Assembly (NCBI GenBank): GCA_024704765.1
Contig: JAKMXF010000059.1
Location: 1-43,595 of the forward strand
Direction of reading: 5' to 3'
Source of the DNA: Oopsacas minuta
Lineage: Eukaryota; Animalia; Porifera
Length of the DNA: 43,595 nucleotides
The position numbers and the translations under genes were made by a program. Positions 37,983-43,595 of the stretch are shown piece after piece. Under the pieces are notes generated by a model. That model was not told the DNA's origin, ran no database searches, and saw only the letters and a list, made by a program, of their open reading frames with translations. Every line of letters begins with the position of its first letter. Position 1 is the stretch's first letter.

Positions 37983-39187
37983 TCATTGAATATCTTCATC
38001 ATTCGATCCAGCAACACATAATCTTGGTAGTACAGAATCTAGTCTTTTGATAAAAATGTCAATTTCCTTCTTTGATATGCCTAAACTGGCTGAACAAGTA
38101 AGATATCCATAAATATTATCATTACAATGGGCCCCAAAATTTTTGAAAGTATAATTCCCAATTTTCTTAGGATTGGCATCAGCAGGTATTACTCTAGTTC
38201 CGGAAACAAATCGTGTGAAGAGCATTGAACCTAACCTAGTGATTTGTGAAGAATTAAGTTTGTGGAATGAACTCAAAGTAAAAGCCATCGATATTTGATT
38301 ATGTGGTGTAATAAGTACCCTTTCATTGTACTTTTCTGCAAGTTTGACTAACTGTTTTTTCAAATATATATAACTCTCTACTCTATCGACTAGCATTAGT
38401 TTATAACCACTAGTTCCTAATTGAAGCATCGTAATGAAAGTGTCTAGAATCGGCGTAGCACTGGCTCTTCCAGGATAGTTTTGGCCGATAGACTCAATAA
38501 ATGCTTTACTCCCACTGCCAATTATACACCCTCCCACAGGAACTAATAAATTCTTATCTGTGCTCTGAACAAAAGCGTCTAATCTCCCAACTTTCATTGC
38601 TTCCTCAATTAAATGCATACACTTAGTTGACTGCAGACCAAATGCGTTATTAGTAATGTGTGGGATATCATATTCTTTGCATATCTTAGCAACCTCGGGA
38701 ATATTATCTGGTATTCGTGGGGCAAAACAACTCGTAGTTGTGATGATGCATGTAATATTCTCTGCTCCAAAATCATTGATTGCATGGTTGATATCAACTA
38801 TGTTTGTACTTAGCTCATCTCCAATTCTTACTAACTCGATCACTACAGGTTGACAACCCGAACTAATAATAGATTTAAAGGAACTTTTCTGGTCAATACG
38901 AGACCATATAATATATTTCGATGAAGGTCTGCTCAGTTTGATCGTTAGAATTGACAAAACTAATCCCATACCAGTGGCAACAGGCAGTAAAATGCAAGAC
39001 TTCGTATGTCGAACGCCTAATTGCAACATTAGATCTAAGCAAAGTGAATTTGTAAGTTGATACATTAAGCTCGAGCCAGCGGATTTGGGCTGTACTGCCA
39101 TTATATCGCCTGATCTACCAATGCCATGTGACATATAAAAATGTCTCCGTGAAACCAAGATTGACGCACACCTACCTTCTCTCTCAC
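37983..39187 (-). CDS. SEPSECS: O-phosphoseryl-tRNA(Sec) selenium transferase (selenocysteine synthase), large 3' coding exon; 5' exon(s) not found
   Basis: Uninterrupted frame with GEREGR, HGIGRSGD..AVQPKSAGSS, PVATGM, WSRIDQKS, TTSCFAPR, NNAFG, FVQSTDKN (PLP lysine) VPVGG and YPGRAS; stop TGA at 37985-37983. Homology starts exactly at a pyrimidine-rich acceptor (TTTTCCCTAG|GT, AG at 39189-39188). The ORF-track N-terminus (39281-39188) is probably intronic. Confidence 0.95.
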
Positions 39188-39684
39188 CTAGGGAAAATGT
39201 ATAAACCAGATAGATTAGAAGAGGAAATAATTCAAAATACTCAATATAATATTCAAGTAAAGATAGATAATATATATACATTTATATGAAGGAGTAGTTA
39301 ATAGATATTGCTGGTCAATAGTTCTACATTCCATTTTACTAAAGTAATCTCCGCAACTAGGCCTCTGAATTGGCAGCTACACTAGTTTGAGATACATAAA
39401 TGTATAGTTTGGCTGAATATTTAATTTATAACAATAGGTAATAATGTAGAACTCCATTTTCATATTCATTAGAAATATATCGATTCTAATTGTTGTATAA
39501 TAGGTAACTAATCAATTATTACTTGGTGTTACATAAGATTCATCTCAATCTGATAGTTTACAATTAATTCTTAAAAGGAGAAAAATATAATGTATTTCAT
39601 ATACGATTGAGAATATTTAGTATAGTGCGTGAAACTGAAAATGGTTAAAAAAAGCCAGAGATTCTGGTGCCAACCAGCCTTATA

Positions 39685-40850
39685 CAGGGTGGCTTTTAAG
39701 TCCTGACACTTTGTATATTTTATTTTCCACAATGCTAGAATATTCTTACATAGATTTACTAATCGATATTTCAAAACACATATTGGAACTAAGTATATTT
39801 GATTGAATTTTTCAATGTAGCCACCTTTCTTTATCACTACTACTCGTAGACGCCCTGGCACTGCCTCTACTGCGGCGGGAGTGTTTCTTCTGGGATCCTA
39901 GCCCATTCACGAAGTATAGCCTTCTTTACAGACGCAATTTTAGTGTGAGCTAATATGAGCTTTTGCGCGTGCACTTTTCTCCAATATCGCCCATATAGAG
40001 AAATCCATGGGATTAAGATCCGGGCTAGACGGTGTCCATTCTTCTTTAGTGATAAAATCGGGAATATTTTTTGAAAGCTAGGTCTGAGTGATACGAGCTG
40101 TATGGGCTGGAGCCCCATCTTGTTGAAACAAGCATCGATTTTTGTTAAATATGCTAGCACCCAGGTCTTTCTCTACAGGTTCTAAAATACGATCCTTGCA
40201 TTCTGTTGAATTGACATTTACACCCTGTGGGACAAATATCAGTTGTGTTCTTCCAAAACCGAAGACCCCTCCCCAAATCATCACTGAAAGTGGCCTTTGG
40301 ACTCTCCGAACATAGCGGAGTTCTTCATTTATAGTGGAAGAAGTAGAAGATAAGATCCTGTCGTTTAGAGAGTTACTGGCCTCACCTTTCATCCGAATAC
40401 AGAACATTGTGATGGCCATGTTCAGCGAGCTGACTAAGAAGCTTTTTGCTACGAAGTAATCACTTTCGTCGAATCGCAATTGAGAAGTAGTGTACCTTTC
40501 TTCATTTGTGGGAAGATAGACCCATGGAACTTTTCACAATCTTATGAACTGATGTACGCGATATTTTGAGTTCAGATGACAGTTTCTCACTGATCGGCGT
40601 GTATTTCGCCGAATTCTGTCTCTGATTATTTTCTTCATACTGGTCGTTGTTACAGTAATTGGACGTCCACAACCATTTTTGTCTTTGACACTACCAGTCT
40701 CAAGATAGCGCTGGATAGTACTATAGACGAATTTCCTCCGCTCTCTCTGGATATTCAATGATCTCATAATGTCACATTGGCGCTTCCCGTTTTCACAAAT
40801 AATACAATTATAGCAAACCGTTGTCCTTCCATCTGAGCAGTGAAGGAATC
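39685..40850 (-). mobile_element. maT (DD37D) element remnant; 5' TIR not found
   Basis: 3' end TA|CAGGGTGGCTTTTAAG at 39685. HTH segment FVYSTIQRYLETGSVKDK..GRP, SVMIWGGV, LFQQDGAPAH (D at 40119-40117) and SPDLNPMDFSIW (D at 40005-40003). The gap is 111 nt, i.e. 37 codons. Confidence 0.88.
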
Positions 40851-41449
40851 GTGTAGTATTATCACTCAGTTCTGAGTAAAAGTTATCTCAGATTACACAC
40901 ATATACAACATATATAAACATCATAGCCTAAGAAAGTATTGCCCAAGGATTCTCTATATGGTTTAAATCCGGTGAATTAGGAGGCCAAATATATTTTTAC
41001 CAAACTCTGACATGTTCAAGGCCTTTCCAGTTATCCAAACTGACCAGGCCAAATCTGTACAGAAATTTCCAAACAAGGTTTTGACCAGCAATATGATACA
41101 GTGTAGCTTTTATAAGTGGATACTAAATGGGGAAACTCTAAGATCAGGCTAATTTAGGTCCATCTTCAATCATTTCCATAGAAACGAACCTATATAAGCG
41201 TGGAATGGGGAGTACTTTAGGTATAATTATGTCCATGGGCGTGGAACTTTTTGATTTCCGAATATAGGTAAAGGGGCCAGGCCCATGAGGTATCGGGGTT
41301 CATTACGTCGAAATTCATAATCTTTCAATTATTATAAGCCGTACACATTTAAATTAGGGTCTGAGCCAACAAACTGTGGAACATAAACTACGAGAAGAAT
41401 CACCATGGAAGTAAAAAACTATCTAGTTCTTCCAAATTGGAAACATGCC

Positions 41450-41800
41450 TCTAAACAGTCTCACTCTCAATTAAAGCTTCCATCATTTTCTTATTGGTAA
41501 CACCTCACGTACTACATCTCTATGGAAGTCAGAATGGCCAAGCTACTGAGTCTCTCTTGGCTCTGCGTGGAGCGTATGTAGGTGAGCAGTCTGCGAAACA
41601 TACTGAACAACCGTTACGCTTCACAGATCTTGGTGGGTAAGACGAGGTACAACACCAGGGTAGTATGCATTTAGCACACTTGCATTCATGGCTCAGTAGC
41701 TAGAACCTTAATAAGACCTTCACAAGTATTGTCAATACCTTGTTCGTCACACATACCATACCGAGCATGCCTCTCACATATAAATTGTTCCATACTTGGT
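41450..41800 (-). pseudogene. C-terminal dimerization-domain fragment of a ZMYM1-type hAT
   Basis: Minus strand reads LVLYLVLPTKICEA*RLFSMFRRLLTYIRSTQSQERLSSLAIL. Confidence 0.65.
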
Positions 41801-41810
41801 AAGTCCACAT

Positions 41811-43344
41811 CAGTGGCTCTCAACTATTCTATCACACCGCCCCACGCCCACACCAATGAATTTCTTTCGTCACAAGTATATCAGTTTAAATATGCTAATA
41901 ATGTGTAGACTAGATTTAGAATACTCAGTCTGTCGAGTACACTTGTGTGTGATGCTTCTTGATGAGACTTATCACATCTGGTATAATATTTGTGAGCTGC
42001 AATCTCAAATCTCCGCCTTGTGATAAATTAAGTCTATTTCTTTGTTTGGTTACCAATTAAACTAGAGCACTAAATCATTCCCCAATAAAATATGATGTGG
42101 GGAATGCCAAAGCATTATGGCTTTCTTCTATAAATTTGTGTATTAGCTACGTTTGGAGAATGCTGGCCAAAATTGTTCATTGCCTATCATTTTATAACGC
42201 GATTTCTCCTAGCTCGTTTTGCAGGTAGATTAACTCTTCGTGAAACTGTTTGAACAGGGATATAAAATGGATCATTAATCCATTCTGGTATTCCCAATTC
42301 TTAAAGACCCCGAATCGCTTATTCATGTCTATTCAGAGCGCATCAAAATGATCACAATAAGCGACCAAGTCGTTATGTGATACTGAAAGCTTTGCTAAGC
42401 AGGGAAGCTGGTAAAACTCTCTTTTACTAATGTTCTGGTAAAACAGGGTTAGATCCTCAATAAAGGGGCAAATAACTGTCTTGCACCTTATAAGAGTAAC
42501 TACGTTGCCCCGAAGATTTGTCAAATATGTCCAGTAGGTAGGCAACATCAAGTTTCGCTTCGTGAATATTCTTAATTCGTTGAGGGTTCGATCCTCCCAA
42601 AAATTCAAAAATAGCATCAAAAAGAGTATAGAATAGACAGAGAGAGTTAGATTTCAAGAGCAATCTAAGGTTTCATTTTCATGACAAAGTTGACGAAATC
42701 CACTGTTATTCAGTGCCGTGGATAGAATCTTGTTTACCATAGTAATGACTATATTTAATGAGTCATGCAAGTGCACACTAAGATATTTAGCGACCAAATG
42801 TGAGCGATGAATAACGCACTGAATAGCAAAAATTCAGGAACAGCGCGTTTCATGTATGAAATAAAGCTACGATGTTGATCAACCATAGCAGCTGCACCAT
42901 CTGTAGCACATGTAATAATATTAAGCAAAGGATTTCTTTACAAAGGAAAATATTCCAAAACTTAGAAAATTGATTTTCCTTTTGAACTGTCACAAGCGGT
43001 CGAGAAAAGAGCATTCCTTCAACCAACTCTCCCCCTTGAACGTCAATTTGAAGTGAAGATTCCGAAGTTCTAAGTATATCAAATAGTGAATTTTCAACAT
43101 CAGTACAGATCATATTCATTCTCCCCACCAACATATCATTGCTTAGAGCATTGGACTGTATTCAGCCATTTCCATGCACGACAGTTAACACTACTTCTCC
43201 AATTGCGGGAATAATGAGTTTTTCACCAATAGTATGTGGCTTACCAGTTGTAGCTACTAATAGCGAATGTTGTATGATGCAACCAAGCCAACTGTATTTG
43301 ATATAGTCAGCGCTATAATCTTGGCACTTATTTCTACTATCCAT
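41811..43344 (-). mobile_element. Degenerate, internally deleted Buster hAT; 3' TIR at 41811, 5' end lost or outside the window
   Basis: CAGTGGCTCTCAACT at 41811. Fragments MDSRNKCQDYSADYIKY..GKPHTIGEKLIIPA, TDGAAAM, AYLLDIF and KQRNRLNLSQGGDLRLQLTNIIPDV. Confidence 0.8.
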
Positions 43345-43389
43345 ATTCTGCGATCGAGTTTATCAAATTCTTTGTAATTCAGTTATATA

Positions 43390-43440
43390 CCAGGTTGTCC
43401 AAAAAGTTCGCGGAATTGCAAATATATTTTATTTATCAAT
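43390..43440. mobile_element. Possible mariner-type terminal sequence
   Basis: TA|CCAGGTTGTCCAAAAAGTTCGCGG resembles mariner ends and sits just upstream of the start of the Buster fragments. No partner end is in the window. Confidence 0.3.
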
Positions 43441-43595
43441 GATCATACTCAACTAATTATTGTTCATAGTTTTCAATAAATTCACCCTTAACCCCGATAC
43501 CTTTCTTCCATTTTGATGGGAGTTTATTTATTCCTGTGGTGAAGAATTTTTCAGGGGTACCTTGAATCCATGAATTTACAGCGGACCTAAGGTGC

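Noticed and set aside
39188-39281. ORF-track N-terminus MYIYYLSLLEYY... of SEPSECS
   Set aside because: It is low-complexity and non-homologous, and ends at a canonical splice acceptor, so it is treated as intron.
39305-41094. 14-bp inverted repeat ATATTGCTGGTCAA as a TIR pair
   Set aside because: There is no distinctive TSD beyond an internal TA and no subterminal similarity. By rough estimate, several 13-14-bp inverted matches arise by chance in an AT-rich window of this size.
804-43344. Most remaining 60-130 aa ORFs in the track as genes
   Set aside because: They are antisense or off-frame shadows of decayed transposases or SEPSECS, or random ORFs with no recognisable motif.
41288-43502. 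13-bp inverted repeat AGGTATCGGGGTT / AACCCCGATACCT as element ends
   Set aside because: There is no TSD. The core motif also appears at 374-383 and ~23043, which suggests a dispersed-repeat motif or chance.
1-43595. CRISPR arrays, rRNA and tRNA genes
   Set aside because: No regularly spaced direct repeats, rRNA-like conserved stretches or convincing cloverleaf with A/B boxes were seen.

Overview
This is AT-rich eukaryotic (animal-like) DNA read in the standard genetic code, and nearly all of it is nested, decaying DNA transposons. I recognise one host gene, SEPSECS (selenocysteine synthase). Its large exon at 37983-39187 (minus) is intact, but I could not find the exon(s) for the N-terminal ~70-75 aa. 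The main finding is a pair of RAG1-core-related (Transib-type) transposons nested in opposite orientation. The inner one (9894-13193) has CACAGTG RSS-heptamer ends and a perfect 5-bp AATTG target duplication. It interrupts the 5' end of an outer element (7367-13980) whose decayed transposase ends in a CX2CX3GHX5C tail resembling the CTT* motif of invertebrate RAG1L proteins. No RAG2-like gene is visible. Other elements are an intron-containing Ginger1-type integrase fused to an OTU protease domain, a near-intact Buster hAT with one premature stop, two degenerate Busters, four ZMYM1-type hAT remnants (one split by two Tc1/mariner insertions), IS630-Tc1-mariner elements of DD34D, DD37D and probable DD37E spacing, a possible NOF-FB-like Mutator remnant, and palindromic repeats. 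All family calls come from motif recognition by eye; no database search was run, and the host taxon cannot be established from this window.
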